From positions 142,752 to 206,751 of the IMG/VR virus record IMGVR_UViG_3300017917_000952: a stretch of DNA of 64,000 bases; one strand, 5' to 3'. The notes under the pieces were generated by a model, which had not been told where the DNA came from, searched no databases, and saw only the letters and a list, made by a program, of their open reading frames with translations. The number at the start of each line of letters is the position of its first letter. Positions within the stretch are counted from its first letter, which is position 1. The translations under genes and the position numbers were made by a program. This document shows, piece after piece, positions 41,579-51,440 of the stretch.

Positions 41579-42270
41579 TAGACCTAGTGGCACAACCTTA
41601 TAAATGCAATCACTGTAGCAAGAGTTTTATGCAGGAGAAAACTCTTGTTGCTCATATGTGTGAAAGAAAAAGGCGTGCTCTACAAAAAGATGAGAAACGT
41701 GTTCAAGCAGGTTTTATGGCATTCAATCGCTGGTGGCAATTAGCACAAGGCGCAAAGAAACTAAAAACCTATGATGAATTTTGCGATACATCTTACTACA
41801 ACGCCTTTGTAAAATTTGGAAGTTTTATTAACAATGTCAATCCTATATACCCGGAAAAATTTATTGACTTTGTTATTAAGAGCGGAGTTAAATTAGATCA
41901 TTGGTGCAGGGACGAGCTCTACGACCAATACTTAATCGAAATGATTAAGGTAGAGCCAGTTGAAAGTGCAATGCAGCGTTCTATACAGACTATGATGGAA
42001 TGGGCAGACGAGCATAATGCAGATTTTGCACATTACTTTCTATATGTAAGTTTGAATAGAGCAGTGCGTGATATCAGGAACGGAAATGTGAGTCCTTGGA
42101 TCATTTTAAATACAGTATCAGGAAAAGAAATGATACAAAAAATGAGTGACGAACAATTAGATATGATCTCACCTACATTTGATGTAGCGTTCTGGCTTAA
42201 GAAGTTTCGTGATGTTCCTGCTGATGTTGCACTTGTAAAAGAAATTTGTAACGGAGCAGGAATTAAATGA
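41575..42270 (+). CDS. Hypothetical protein with N-terminal C2H-type zinc finger
   Basis: YKCNHCSKSF......AHMC. Confidence 0.65.
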   Translation: MIDLVAQPYKCNHCSKSFMQEKTLVAHMCERKRRALQKDEKRVQAGFMAFNRWWQLAQGAKKLKTYDEFCDTSYYNAFVKFGSFINNVNPIYPEKFIDFVIKSGVKLDHWCRDELYDQYLIEMIKVEPVESAMQRSIQTMMEWADEHNADFAHYFLYVSLNRAVRDIRNGNVSPWIILNTVSGKEMIQKMSDEQLDMISPTFDVAFWLKKFRDVPADVALVKEICNGAGIK

Positions 42271-42653
42271 GTAAAGATGCACTAAGAAAATTCTGTGAAA
42301 TGCATCAAGTGCGTGTAATTGACACGAATAAAAGAGCACATAGATATCACAAAATCAATGTGAAATATTTTAATGATTCTAATGATTATAATAGAATCTA
42401 TGAAGATGTAGTACGCACGGAAACTGAACCATTATATACTGTAGAGATTGCAGAAAGCGAACTAGAAAAAATTGCCGATTTTGAACAACAGGTTTTTAAT
42501 AACATGAAACAAACAGGCCATTACAGAATGTTCGAAATTTTAATGGAACAGAAAGAAGAAGAACAAAGATTGCGAAATAAGTATCCTGCTGTTAAGAAGG
42601 CATACGAGCATTACAGCCTGATGTTAAAATTGGCGGAGAGCGGAGAATTATGA
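42267..42653 (+). CDS. Hypothetical protein
   Basis: 128 aa; ATGA-coupled. Confidence 0.6.
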   Translation: MSKDALRKFCEMHQVRVIDTNKRAHRYHKINVKYFNDSNDYNRIYEDVVRTETEPLYTVEIAESELEKIADFEQQVFNNMKQTGHYRMFEILMEQKEEEQRLRNKYPAVKKAYEHYSLMLKLAESGEL

Positions 42654-42838
42654 AAGCAGTAACAGTTGGTTCGCGTTGGTGGGCCGGTGATAATAAAAGA
42701 TTTGTTGTTATAAATGTAATCACTATAGAAGGACATACGTGGGTTCATTATAGAGATGACAAAAATAAAGAAAGCCCTAGGGAATATAGTTGTTACCTAG
42801 AAAGTTTCTTATCAAGATTTAGTGAGTTACCAGAATGA
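42650..42838 (+). CDS. Hypothetical protein
   Basis: 62 aa; GGAG RBS; ATGA-coupled on both sides. Confidence 0.6.
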   Translation: MKAVTVGSRWWAGDNKRFVVINVITIEGHTWVHYRDDKNKESPREYSCYLESFLSRFSELPE

Positions 42839-43194
42839 CAAGATTAAACGGGTTTGTAGAAAAAGGTTGGGGGCATGAATTTATTTTTGCCACCAACGAT
42901 AAGTATTGTGGAAAACTTTTAAAGTTTAACAAAGATGCAAAATTCAGTATGCACTTTCATGCTGTTAAAGATGAAACATGGTTTGTATTGAATGGTCGGT
43001 TCATTGTTAAGTACATTGACACAGTAGACGCAACTCAAAAAGAAGTTGAACTAAAACAAGGCGATGTATGGCATAACCCGCCGCTGTTTCCTCATCAGGT
43101 AATCTGCTTAGAAGAAGGCACACTCATTGAAGTCAGTACGCCGGACAGTATTGCAGACAATTATCGAGTTGCCAAGGGAGACAGCCAGAAATGA
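42835..43194 (+). CDS. Cupin, sugar isomerase-like
   Basis: KGWG.E, SMHFH..KDETW, PH and EVST cupin motifs. Confidence 0.8.
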   Translation: MTRLNGFVEKGWGHEFIFATNDKYCGKLLKFNKDAKFSMHFHAVKDETWFVLNGRFIVKYIDTVDATQKEVELKQGDVWHNPPLFPHQVICLEEGTLIEVSTPDSIADNYRVAKGDSQK

Positions 43195-43964
43195 AAATCT
43201 TAATTACAGGTCATAAAGGCTTTATTGGAAAAAATCTAGTAACACACCTGCAGGACCATGAGTTAAGTTTCTATGAACCGGGAGATAATCTACCGTCAGT
43301 TAATGGACTAGACTGGGTAATTCACCTCGGTGCAATTACATCAACTACAGAGACAAATGTAGAACGTGTAATGGAAGCCAATTATGATTTCAGTCGCTGG
43401 TTAGTAAATGAATGCCTAAAACACGGTGTTAACTTTCAGTACTCAAGTTCTGCAAGTATCTATGGGCTTAAAACAGAATTCAATGAAAGCAGTCCTGCTG
43501 ATCCTAGAAGTCCTTATGCCTGGAGTAAATTTCTATTTGACAGATATATAACATATCTAGCAGGAAACTGGCCAATTAAGGTACAGGGGTTTAGATATTT
43601 TAACGTCTACGGTCCGGGTGAAGATCACAAAGGTGACCAAGCAAGTCCTTACTTCAAATTTGAGAAGCAGGCTAAAGAAACAGGTGTAATTAAACTGTTT
43701 GAAGGTAGTGAAGAATTTAAACGCGACTTTATTCCTGTCGAGACAGTTTGTAAAATTCACAAGCACTTCCTTAGTGTACCTGATACAGGGATATGGAATG
43801 TAGGTACTGGCCGAGCAACTTCTTTTGCTGATGTAGCAAGAATGATTGCTGACAAGTACGGCGCTAGGATTGAATATATTCCAATGCCTGAAAATTTAAA
43901 ACATCAATATCAAACATACACCTGTGCTGATACTAAGTTACTGAAAAGTTATTACAACATATGA
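43191..43964 (+). CDS. hldD: ADP-L-glycero-D-manno-heptose-6-epimerase
   Basis: TGHKGFIG, HLGAI.STTE, YSSSAS.YG, Y..SK, FRYFNVYG..E.HKG..AS, YQ.YT.AD. Confidence 0.85.
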   Translation: MKILITGHKGFIGKNLVTHLQDHELSFYEPGDNLPSVNGLDWVIHLGAITSTTETNVERVMEANYDFSRWLVNECLKHGVNFQYSSSASIYGLKTEFNESSPADPRSPYAWSKFLFDRYITYLAGNWPIKVQGFRYFNVYGPGEDHKGDQASPYFKFEKQAKETGVIKLFEGSEEFKRDFIPVETVCKIHKHFLSVPDTGIWNVGTGRATSFADVARMIADKYGARIEYIPMPENLKHQYQTYTCADTKLLKSYYNI

Positions 43965-44353
43965 AGATATTTGTAAACGGCACATTTGATATTTTGCATA
44001 GAGGACATCTTGAAATGTTAAGGTATGCAAAAAGTCTCGGTGACGAATTGATGGTATGTATTGATAGCGACCATAGAGTAAAAGAATTAAAAGGTGATAG
44101 TCGTCCTATCAATAATCAAGAAGATAGAAAATTTATGTTAGACAGCCTCAAGTGGGTTGACCGTTGCTGGATTTTTAGTGACGAGGAAGAACTAGAAAAA
44201 ATTATTGAGCTCTATCAACCTGACATTATGGTTAAAGGTAGCGACTATAAAGGTAAGCCTATTGTAGGCGAACAGTATTGTAAAGAAATTAGATTTTATG
44301 ACCACACAGGACATTCAACAACGAGACTCATTCAACGTATTACTGATCGGTGA
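43961..44353 (+). CDS. Heptose-1-phosphate adenylyltransferase (HldE domain II / HldC-like)
   Basis: NGTFDILH.GH, KG..RPIN, PD..VKGSDY and G.STT motifs. Confidence 0.85.
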   Translation: MKIFVNGTFDILHRGHLEMLRYAKSLGDELMVCIDSDHRVKELKGDSRPINNQEDRKFMLDSLKWVDRCWIFSDEEELEKIIELYQPDIMVKGSDYKGKPIVGEQYCKEIRFYDHTGHSTTRLIQRITDR

Positions 44354-45095
44354 TAGTTGCATTGACGAATATAAAATCGGAACAGTTGATAGACTAAGTC
44401 CCGAAGCACCTGTTCCGGTTATTAAGATCACTGATGTCGAAACTGTACCGGGCATGTCTGCTAACGTAAAGAAGAATTTAGAAAATATAGGGGTCTATGC
44501 CGACTTTGTAACTAACGACGAAGTGATAACAAAGACTAGATACATCGATAAACGTTCTGGCCAACACATGCTCAGAGTTGACGACGAGCCTAAGATTGTT
44601 CCATGGTCTGGCCACACTCCTTTCCCTATCGAGTCGTATGATGCTGTAATAGTGTCCGACTATAACAAAGGGTTCTTAACCTATGAGCAGATTGCAAATA
44701 TAATTTCCGCTGCTAGAGGCCCAGTCTTTATCGATACAAAGAAATCACAACTTGCAGACATTAGTGCGCCTAACGTCTACATAAAAATTAATGATTCGGA
44801 ATATAAAAATTCTAGAAGTCTGCCCTCTAACTTAATTGTTACATTAGGTGATAGAGGTGCATGGTATAAGAATCCAAGAACGGAGATGTTGTTTCCAACC
44901 AAACAGGTTGAAGTAGTTGATGTCTGCGGTTGCGGAGATACATTTTTGTCTGCTTTGGCCGTCCAATACCTATATACAAAGAACATAGAACAAAGTATAA
45001 TGTTTGCTAACACCGCGGCAGGAATTACAGTACAGCATCGCGGAAACTACGCACCAACTTACGACGAGATTCGAAATGCCGGACATCGATATTGA
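44298..45095 (+). CDS. Heptose-7-phosphate kinase (HldE domain I / HldA-like, PfkB family)
   Basis: IGD...D.Y..G...RLSPEAPVPV, SDYNKG and DVCGCGDTF motifs. Confidence 0.85.
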   Translation: MTTQDIQQRDSFNVLLIGDSCIDEYKIGTVDRLSPEAPVPVIKITDVETVPGMSANVKKNLENIGVYADFVTNDEVITKTRYIDKRSGQHMLRVDDEPKIVPWSGHTPFPIESYDAVIVSDYNKGFLTYEQIANIISAARGPVFIDTKKSQLADISAPNVYIKINDSEYKNSRSLPSNLIVTLGDRGAWYKNPRTEMLFPTKQVEVVDVCGCGDTFLSALAVQYLYTKNIEQSIMFANTAAGITVQHRGNYAPTYDEIRNAGHRY

Positions 45096-45654
45096 TTTTG
45101 CTGATAGAACTAAAGTTTTGGACATCATAAAACATGTTCCTGCATCAATTATTGAAAAAGATGTCAGCAAAAAACATAACACAGGCGTTTATTGTAGTAG
45201 TATCCCAGTAAATCCGCTAACCGGTACGGCAAGTATTGATTATCGAGAAGCAGAAGAGCGGGGATATTTCAAGATAGATTTTTTGAATGTTAGTATCTAC
45301 AAAGATATTAAAGATGAAGAACATCTATCCAGATTACTAAATCAGGAACCGCTATGGGATCTATTGCTACAAGACGAATTCGTGAATCTACTGTTTCATG
45401 TGAACGGTCACGGGACAATTTTGAGAAAGATGCAGCCGAAAAGCATCGAGGAACTTGCGATGGTATTGGCTTTGATCCGACCTGCAAAACGCCATCTGAT
45501 TGGGCAAGATTGGTCAGACGTGAAGAAAGAAGTTTGGCAGAAACCCGCCGGAGATGAGTATTACTTTAAGAAGGCCCACGCAGTTGCTTATGCGGCAGCG
45601 ATTGTGGTTCAGATGAATTTGATTTGTGAACAGATTAGTTACGGATATTCCTAG
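45076..45654 (+). CDS. Miniature DNA polymerase III alpha (DnaE)-like catalytic module, 192 aa
   Basis: PDIDIDF, H..GV, KIDFL, LA.IRP and Y.FKKAHA.AYA, colinear with DnaE palm/fingers motifs. Confidence 0.75.
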   Translation: MPDIDIDFADRTKVLDIIKHVPASIIEKDVSKKHNTGVYCSSIPVNPLTGTASIDYREAEERGYFKIDFLNVSIYKDIKDEEHLSRLLNQEPLWDLLLQDEFVNLLFHVNGHGTILRKMQPKSIEELAMVLALIRPAKRHLIGQDWSDVKKEVWQKPAGDEYYFKKAHAVAYAAAIVVQMNLICEQISYGYS

Positions 45655-46018
45655 GATTACGTACTAATTGTATTAACTTTCTTTTGATTCGCTTTTCAGC
45701 AATTTCACTTAGATTTACAGTTGGACCAAACACTAGTTCAACATCTTTGCTATTGAATGTCTTAATAGCATACTTGAATAATTGCATTTCTTTCTTTAGA
45801 AAAATATTAATCGGAATCTTTCGATTACTTTCCCACCACCAAGTCTCTCCCATTTCTAAAAACAGTTTCTTTTCATCTTCTGTTTTGATCGTGGATATGT
45901 CATAAATGCTGGTAACAAAATTATCTAGGTTGATAATGATCCCCACATATTCTATATCATTGCTTTTAATGCATGATACAAATGGATAATTTGACTGGAA
46001 GGCACCGGGTGAAATCAT
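45635..46018 (-). CDS. Conserved hypothetical protein
   Basis: 127 aa; WWWESNR.IPI.IFL motif; convergent overlap with the DnaE-like gene. Confidence 0.65.
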   Translation of the reverse strand: MISPGAFQSNYPFVSCIKSNDIEYVGIIINLDNFVTSIYDISTIKTEDEKKLFLEMGETWWWESNRKIPINIFLKKEMQLFKYAIKTFNSKDVELVFGPTVNLSEIAEKRIKRKLIQLVRNPRNIRN

Positions 46019-46037
46019 TGTTCGATAAATACTCTAT

Positions 46038-46877
46038 ATGCAAAGTTTACCAATCTATTTATATTCTAACACACTCGATGTTACATTAGATTTGGACCCT
46101 ACAGTCAGAGGAGTTAATCGAGTTATGTATCAACGCGACCTAAAAGTACAAAAAGGTATCAAGAATAAAATCCGAATTCAGTTTAAAAATAGCGATCAAA
46201 AAAGAATTACTATTAGTCAAGATGATGTTTATGTTTTTTCCTTGTTCGATACGACAAACCAACGACTATTGATAGAAAAGCAATTAACTATTTTAGATGA
46301 CGGTACAACTTTAGCAACTCGCGGTTTGGCAGAACTTGTATTAACAGAAAGCGATACCCTGAATCTTGATGTAAGCGATTATCAGTTTAGCATCAAGAAA
46401 CAAGATACAGACGGTACATATCTTCCTGCATATAGTAATACATATTACGGCGTAGCCGGTTTCTTAAAAGTAGCTCAGGATGTTTATCCAATGTTACAGC
46501 CAAGTCAAGAAGTTGTATCTTTTGAGCCAGTATATGATGATATTATTCAAAAGTATCAATATAGAAGCGGTAACATTTATGCTTACCCAGAATACAACAG
46601 TAACACCGCATTACATACCGCAGCCGCATATCTAACCAACTATAAAGGTACGCTTAAAATTGAAGGCACATTATATAACACACCTTCTAACTTTAATAGG
46701 TATGTAACTATTGCAACCAAAACTTACAGTAACTTTAGCGGTATTGATTATTTCAATTTTAACGGAATATTCAGTTACGTAAGATTTACCTTCATTCCGG
46801 ACACTGCACCCGGAGAATCAAATAATAATAATCCAGAATACTACGGAAGTTTTGACAAAGTACTCTATAGATGCTAA
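46038..46877 (+). CDS. Hypothetical (probably late/structural) protein
   Basis: 279 aa; TAAATA 6 nt before the ATG. Confidence 0.6.
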   Translation: MQSLPIYLYSNTLDVTLDLDPTVRGVNRVMYQRDLKVQKGIKNKIRIQFKNSDQKRITISQDDVYVFSLFDTTNQRLLIEKQLTILDDGTTLATRGLAELVLTESDTLNLDVSDYQFSIKKQDTDGTYLPAYSNTYYGVAGFLKVAQDVYPMLQPSQEVVSFEPVYDDIIQKYQYRSGNIYAYPEYNSNTALHTAAAYLTNYKGTLKIEGTLYNTPSNFNRYVTIATKTYSNFSGIDYFNFNGIFSYVRFTFIPDTAPGESNNNNPEYYGSFDKVLYRC

Positions 46878-46880
46878 AAT
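46852..46880 (+). promoter_or_regulatory. Sigma70 promoter giving a leaderless primase mRNA
   Basis: TTGACA-17-TAAAAT-5-GTG(46886); the -10 contains the upstream TAA stop. Confidence 0.65.
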
Positions 46881-46885
46881 AAAGT

Positions 46886-47869
46886 GTGAACGAAATACTG
46901 TCTACACTTTTGGCTCTGCTTCCCTCAGGTCGTAAACACACCTCCGGAGGATGGGAGAGTTTTAATGCAGTCTGTTGCCACCATAGAGGTGAAAAGCCAG
47001 ACAGGCGTAAGCGCGGCGGTGTAAAAACCGATGCAGATAGTTGGACTTACCATTGCTTCAACTGCGGATTCAAAGCAGGATGGAGTCCGGGCAAACCATT
47101 AAGTTCAAATACAAAACAACTGTTCAAGTGGCTTGGTCTTAATGATATCGATGTGGGTAAATTAGGTCTTGTTGCACTCAAGCATCAAGAAAATATGCCA
47201 AAGCCCGAAAAGGTCTTGAACTTCAGCCTACACGAAGTCGCACTGCCCAACGACAGCAAACTTCTCACTGAGTGGATAGCCCAAGGTGAAGATGTTACGC
47301 CTATGGTTGAATATCTTTTAGCCCGTGGTATGGATATAGATTGGTACGATTGGATGTGGAGCCCCGAGCCGGGGTACAAAGATAGAATACTGATACCTTT
47401 CTATCAAGACGGCAAGGTTGTAGGCTACACAGGTCGTAAAATAACAGACGGTAAGCCAAAGTATCTTACCGAAAGTCAAAGCGGATATGTTTTTAACCTC
47501 GATCGTCAGGATCGTGATAGGAAGTTCGTCATAGTCCTTGAAGGACAATTTGATGCTATAGCGATAGATGGCGTAGCCATAATGACCAACGAACCTAACG
47601 ATACGCAGGTTGCAAGATTACAAGCACTTGGAAAGGAAATCATCTGTGTTCCAGATAAAGACAGACCTGGTGCTAAGATGCTCAAACATGCAATAGCAAA
47701 TAATTGGTCTGTGAGTTTACCGCCCTGGGGTGATGATGTTAAGGACGTTGCAGATGCCGTGAAGAAATACGGCAGACTATACGTTCTAGCCACAATATTG
47801 CACTACAGGGTCAGCGGCGAGATAAAAATAAATCTAATAAAGAAAAAACTAGAGAGCTTAGATGAATAA
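46886..47869 (+). CDS. DNA primase (gp61/DnaG-like)
   Basis: Zn finger (CC.H...HCFNC), RILIPF, GR, KYL; Toprim EG.FD and D.D. Confidence 0.88.
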   Translation: MNEILSTLLALLPSGRKHTSGGWESFNAVCCHHRGEKPDRRKRGGVKTDADSWTYHCFNCGFKAGWSPGKPLSSNTKQLFKWLGLNDIDVGKLGLVALKHQENMPKPEKVLNFSLHEVALPNDSKLLTEWIAQGEDVTPMVEYLLARGMDIDWYDWMWSPEPGYKDRILIPFYQDGKVVGYTGRKITDGKPKYLTESQSGYVFNLDRQDRDRKFVIVLEGQFDAIAIDGVAIMTNEPNDTQVARLQALGKEIICVPDKDRPGAKMLKHAIANNWSVSLPPWGDDVKDVADAVKKYGRLYVLATILHYRVSGEIKINLIKKKLESLDE

Positions 47870-49328
47870 ACCAAATTATAATTTTGAAATGCAAAAACTG
47901 TACATTGAGATGTTTCTCAGTGATGCAGAGACGTTTATTAGATGTCAGAATATTTTTGATCCTGAGAACTTTGATCAACGGTTACAGCCGGCAGCAGAGT
48001 TCATTACCAAATACGTAGATGAATATAAAGTAATGCCCGAGGCGCAGATTGTAAATGCGTCTACAAGTCAACAATTTGAACCAGTACAACTGCCTAAAGA
48101 AAACTATGACTGGTTGATGGACGAGTTTGAAAACTTCAGTAGGCATAAAGGGCTTGAACGTGCGATTATCAAGAGCAGTGACCTACTTGAAGAAGGTGAC
48201 TACGGTCCTGTTGAAAAACTGATCAAGGATGCTATCCAGATCAGTTTAAACAAGGATATGGGTACTGATTACTTTGCTGATCCTAGAGCCCGACTTGAAA
48301 AATTAAAAAGCAGTAACGGACAGATTAGCACAGGTTGGCCTACTGTTGATAAGAAACTTTATGGTGGGTTCAATCGAGGTGAACTTAATATCTTTGCGGC
48401 TGCGTCGGGCGGTGGTAAATCTTTGTTCTTGGCTAACCTAGGCGTTAACTGGGCATTGATGGGATTGAACGTTATCTATCTAACATTCGAACTTAGCGAA
48501 AACTTAGTTAGTATGCGTCTAGACAGTATGACCACTGGCATTGGTACTAGAGACATTTTCCGAAACATTGACGACGTTGAACTCAAAGTTAAAATGTTGG
48601 AAAAGAAGAGCGGACACCTGCAGATTAAGTATATGCCTTCAGGAAAGAACTGCAACGATATTCGCGCCTATTTGAAAGAATATCAGGTCAAAACCGGCTG
48701 CAAACCAGACGTTTTACTCATCGATTACTTGGATTTGATGATGCCTTTGTCGGTGAAAGTTAGTCCCAGTGATCTGTTTATTAAAGACAAATATGTGTCG
48801 GAAGAGATTCGTAACTTGGCTATGGAAACACAGTGTATCACTGTAACAGCAAGTCAGTTGAACCGTAGTGCCGTTGAAGAAATTGAATTCGATCACAGCC
48901 ATATCTCGGGCGGTCTGTCAAAGATTATGACTGCGGATAACGTGATTGGTATTTTTACTAGCCGTGCTATGAAGGAACGTGGACGCTATCAGATCCAGTT
49001 TATGAAGACACGTTCGTCGTCGGGTGTTGGGCAGAAAGTCGATCTTGAATTTAATGTAGATACCTTGCGTATCAGCGACCTTGGTGAAGACGGAGACTCT
49101 CAACCTAGTTATAATCAGGGCGGCGGTAAGCCGCAGAGTCCTAGTGGTGGAATTTATAGCGGACTAAAGCGAACTAGTACTGTAAGCACTACAACTGATC
49201 CTGAGACTGGCGAAATTATGGAAGTCGATCCGAAGCAGGGCGCGAGTGTTAAATCTCTACAACCTAAGACTGGTGGTGCGCCTTTAATTCGCAGTATGCT
49301 GGATAAACTAAATCCAGAAAAAGATTAA
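47862..49328 (+). CDS. Replicative DNA helicase (gp41/DnaB-like)
   Basis: ASGGGKS, IDYLDL, TASQLNR and K.R motifs. Confidence 0.92.
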   Translation: MNKPNYNFEMQKLYIEMFLSDAETFIRCQNIFDPENFDQRLQPAAEFITKYVDEYKVMPEAQIVNASTSQQFEPVQLPKENYDWLMDEFENFSRHKGLERAIIKSSDLLEEGDYGPVEKLIKDAIQISLNKDMGTDYFADPRARLEKLKSSNGQISTGWPTVDKKLYGGFNRGELNIFAAASGGGKSLFLANLGVNWALMGLNVIYLTFELSENLVSMRLDSMTTGIGTRDIFRNIDDVELKVKMLEKKSGHLQIKYMPSGKNCNDIRAYLKEYQVKTGCKPDVLLIDYLDLMMPLSVKVSPSDLFIKDKYVSEEIRNLAMETQCITVTASQLNRSAVEEIEFDHSHISGGLSKIMTADNVIGIFTSRAMKERGRYQIQFMKTRSSSGVGQKVDLEFNVDTLRISDLGEDGDSQPSYNQGGGKPQSPSGGIYSGLKRTSTVSTTTDPETGEIMEVDPKQGASVKSLQPKTGGAPLIRSMLDKLNPEKD

Positions 49329-50875
49329 TGTCTCAAGTAATTTTATTCTCAGATATCTATAGACCTTTTCACGGAAAAGGCATGGGTGTTTATCGACTTG
49401 CAAATCATATTAGATCTGCAGGTTATTCTGTAAAAGTTATACATGCCTTTATTAATCTAAAAGATCAAGATTTTTATGATATCTGCAAGGAACATATCAG
49501 TGAGCACACCCTTTTAGTAGGGTTAGGTGCTACAGTAATGGCAAACTTAGAACAAAATTTATTTTTTGGAATGCCTACAGATATTGTAAAAGATAGATTC
49601 TTAACTTTAAAGGAAACATATCCGCAGATTGCGACATGTCTAGGGGGCGCCCAGGTTACAGGATCAACTGATGAGTATCTAACTACATTTAATTTTTTCG
49701 ACTATGCAATTAAAGGCCAAGGCGAAACAGCGATAGTCGAATTACTAAATCACTTATCTCAAAAAACTAAAATTAAAACAATTACAATTACTCGACCTAA
49801 AATCATTTCAGATAAACTGTATCCATTTGGCGATTTTAATCAAACAGTTAATACTTATACTGCTGAAGATTGCATTCAATTTGGCGAAGCATTACCAATT
49901 GAGCTTGCCCGGGGATGCATTTTCAAATGTAAGTTTTGCGGTTATGATCTAATCGGAAAAAAATTAGGAGATTTTGTTAAGCCTGCCGATTTAATTAGAC
50001 AAGAACTTTTGCATAATTATGAGAATTGGGGTGTTACTGATTATTATGTTGCAGACGAAACTATAAATGACAGCGAAGAAAAAGTCGAAATGTTATTAGA
50101 AAGTGTTCAAGGATTACCCTTCAAACCGTCGTTCGGCGGCTTTCTAAGATTAGATTTGATTTGGAAATTTCCGGAAATGGCTCAGAAACTTTTAGACTGG
50201 GGCCTCGAGGCATGTAGTTTCGGAATTGAGACTATAAATGATGCAAGCGGCCGGGCAGTTGGGAAGGGATTAGGAAAAGATCGTATAGAATCGACTCTAC
50301 GCCACATTAAAAATGTGTGGGGTGATCGAGTATTTGTTAATGCTAGTTTTATTCTAGGACTTAAACACGATAATCCGGCCACTGCTCCCGAATTAGATCG
50401 TTGGTTAGAACAAATGTATGCAGAAAAATTGCTTCATACCGTTTTTGTTAAACCTCTATATATTATGCCAAAAATTGGGTTGAGTGTACTAGATAAAGAG
50501 TTTGAAGATCATGGATATTCTATTATGACTGATATTGATATAAAGTTAACGTCTGATAGGACACGAACTGTAGTTGAAGATGACTGTATTGCTTGGGAAA
50601 CTCCGAACTATAATTATATTCAGGCATCTCATGATGCCGAAATTATTCATAAAAAATATAATAATCGAAAAATCTTAAAAGGTAAAATAGGTAAGCACAA
50701 TTATGCATTTGTTAAAAGCCTGCTACCTAAGGAACAGCACCGAGACCTGATGTTGAGTCAAATATACGATGTACCTTTTAGTAATCTCTCAAAGGAAGAA
50801 ACAGAAGAGTATATTACTAGGTTAGAACAAGAACATAACTCTCGTTACATCAATATGATTAAAACCAAGCACTGA
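49328..50875 (+). CDS. Radical SAM enzyme with N-terminal B12-binding-like domain
   Basis: RGCIFKCKFC (CxxxCxxC), GG, G.GE and FGIE motifs. Confidence 0.85.
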   Translation: MSQVILFSDIYRPFHGKGMGVYRLANHIRSAGYSVKVIHAFINLKDQDFYDICKEHISEHTLLVGLGATVMANLEQNLFFGMPTDIVKDRFLTLKETYPQIATCLGGAQVTGSTDEYLTTFNFFDYAIKGQGETAIVELLNHLSQKTKIKTITITRPKIISDKLYPFGDFNQTVNTYTAEDCIQFGEALPIELARGCIFKCKFCGYDLIGKKLGDFVKPADLIRQELLHNYENWGVTDYYVADETINDSEEKVEMLLESVQGLPFKPSFGGFLRLDLIWKFPEMAQKLLDWGLEACSFGIETINDASGRAVGKGLGKDRIESTLRHIKNVWGDRVFVNASFILGLKHDNPATAPELDRWLEQMYAEKLLHTVFVKPLYIMPKIGLSVLDKEFEDHGYSIMTDIDIKLTSDRTRTVVEDDCIAWETPNYNYIQASHDAEIIHKKYNNRKILKGKIGKHNYAFVKSLLPKEQHRDLMLSQIYDVPFSNLSKEETEEYITRLEQEHNSRYINMIKTKH

Positions 50876-51410
50876 TTCTGTGTTTGGCGGCCCTGTCTAA
50901 GGCCAAACGCCATTGGTCCGGACCTTCGCCGTCAAACACGCTTTCTAATGTCGCTGGTGCAACTTCCCATTTAAATTCATCGTGTTCTCTAGGATCTAGC
51001 ATTCTGTCTAGACGTCCATCTTCCCACAACCAATACCCTGCACAGGCTCTGTAAAATTCTGGGCCTTCGCCTCGAGCAATTGCGGCCAGCACACTTATAT
51101 CGTTAGTAACACTGATCTCGTCGCTCATTTTAACTGTGGTCATTCCTTTCCAGTCGTTGCTATGTACTACGTGAATTTTGTTAGTTGCAACATTTCCGCC
51201 GAACCACAAGGGTGCCGAAACTGGAAATTCCATACCTAAGTTTGCTGCTACTGTTTGCAGATCAATATCGTCTAAGGGATTATTAACCTGCAGGCCAATG
51301 GCTAGATTATCTGTATGATTGACACACAGTAACACGCTCTTAGATAACTCATCTCTGGGATTGTTAGGATTTGCTACCAAGAGATATCCGGGGTATTTTT
51401 TCTTTGTCAT
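50859..51410 (-). CDS. YqgE/AlgH (DUF179) family protein
   Basis: G.LLVA.P, SV.L...H....A.GL.VN.P, W.GG.V, GY..W..G.L motifs. Confidence 0.8.
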   Translation of the reverse strand: MTKKKYPGYLLVANPNNPRDELSKSVLLCVNHTDNLAIGLQVNNPLDDIDLQTVAANLGMEFPVSAPLWFGGNVATNKIHVVHSNDWKGMTTVKMSDEISVTNDISVLAAIARGEGPEFYRACAGYWLWEDGRLDRMLDPREHDEFKWEVAPATLESVFDGEGPDQWRLALDRAAKHRISAWF

Positions 51411-51417
51411 ACCTTTT

Positions 51418-51434
51418 TATTTACCGTATAAATA
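51418..51434. promoter_or_regulatory. Back-to-back divergent late promoters
   Basis: Minus TAAATA 51418-23 lies 7 nt from the ATG at 51410; plus TATAAATA 51427-34 lies 6 nt from the ATG at 51441. Confidence 0.7.
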
Positions 51435-51440
51435 TATGGT

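Noticed and set aside
31240-49328. Inteins or introns in terminase, UvsX, UvsW or helicase
   Set aside because: Protein lengths are normal, motifs are contiguous, and no intein splice-junction or homing-endonuclease insert was seen.
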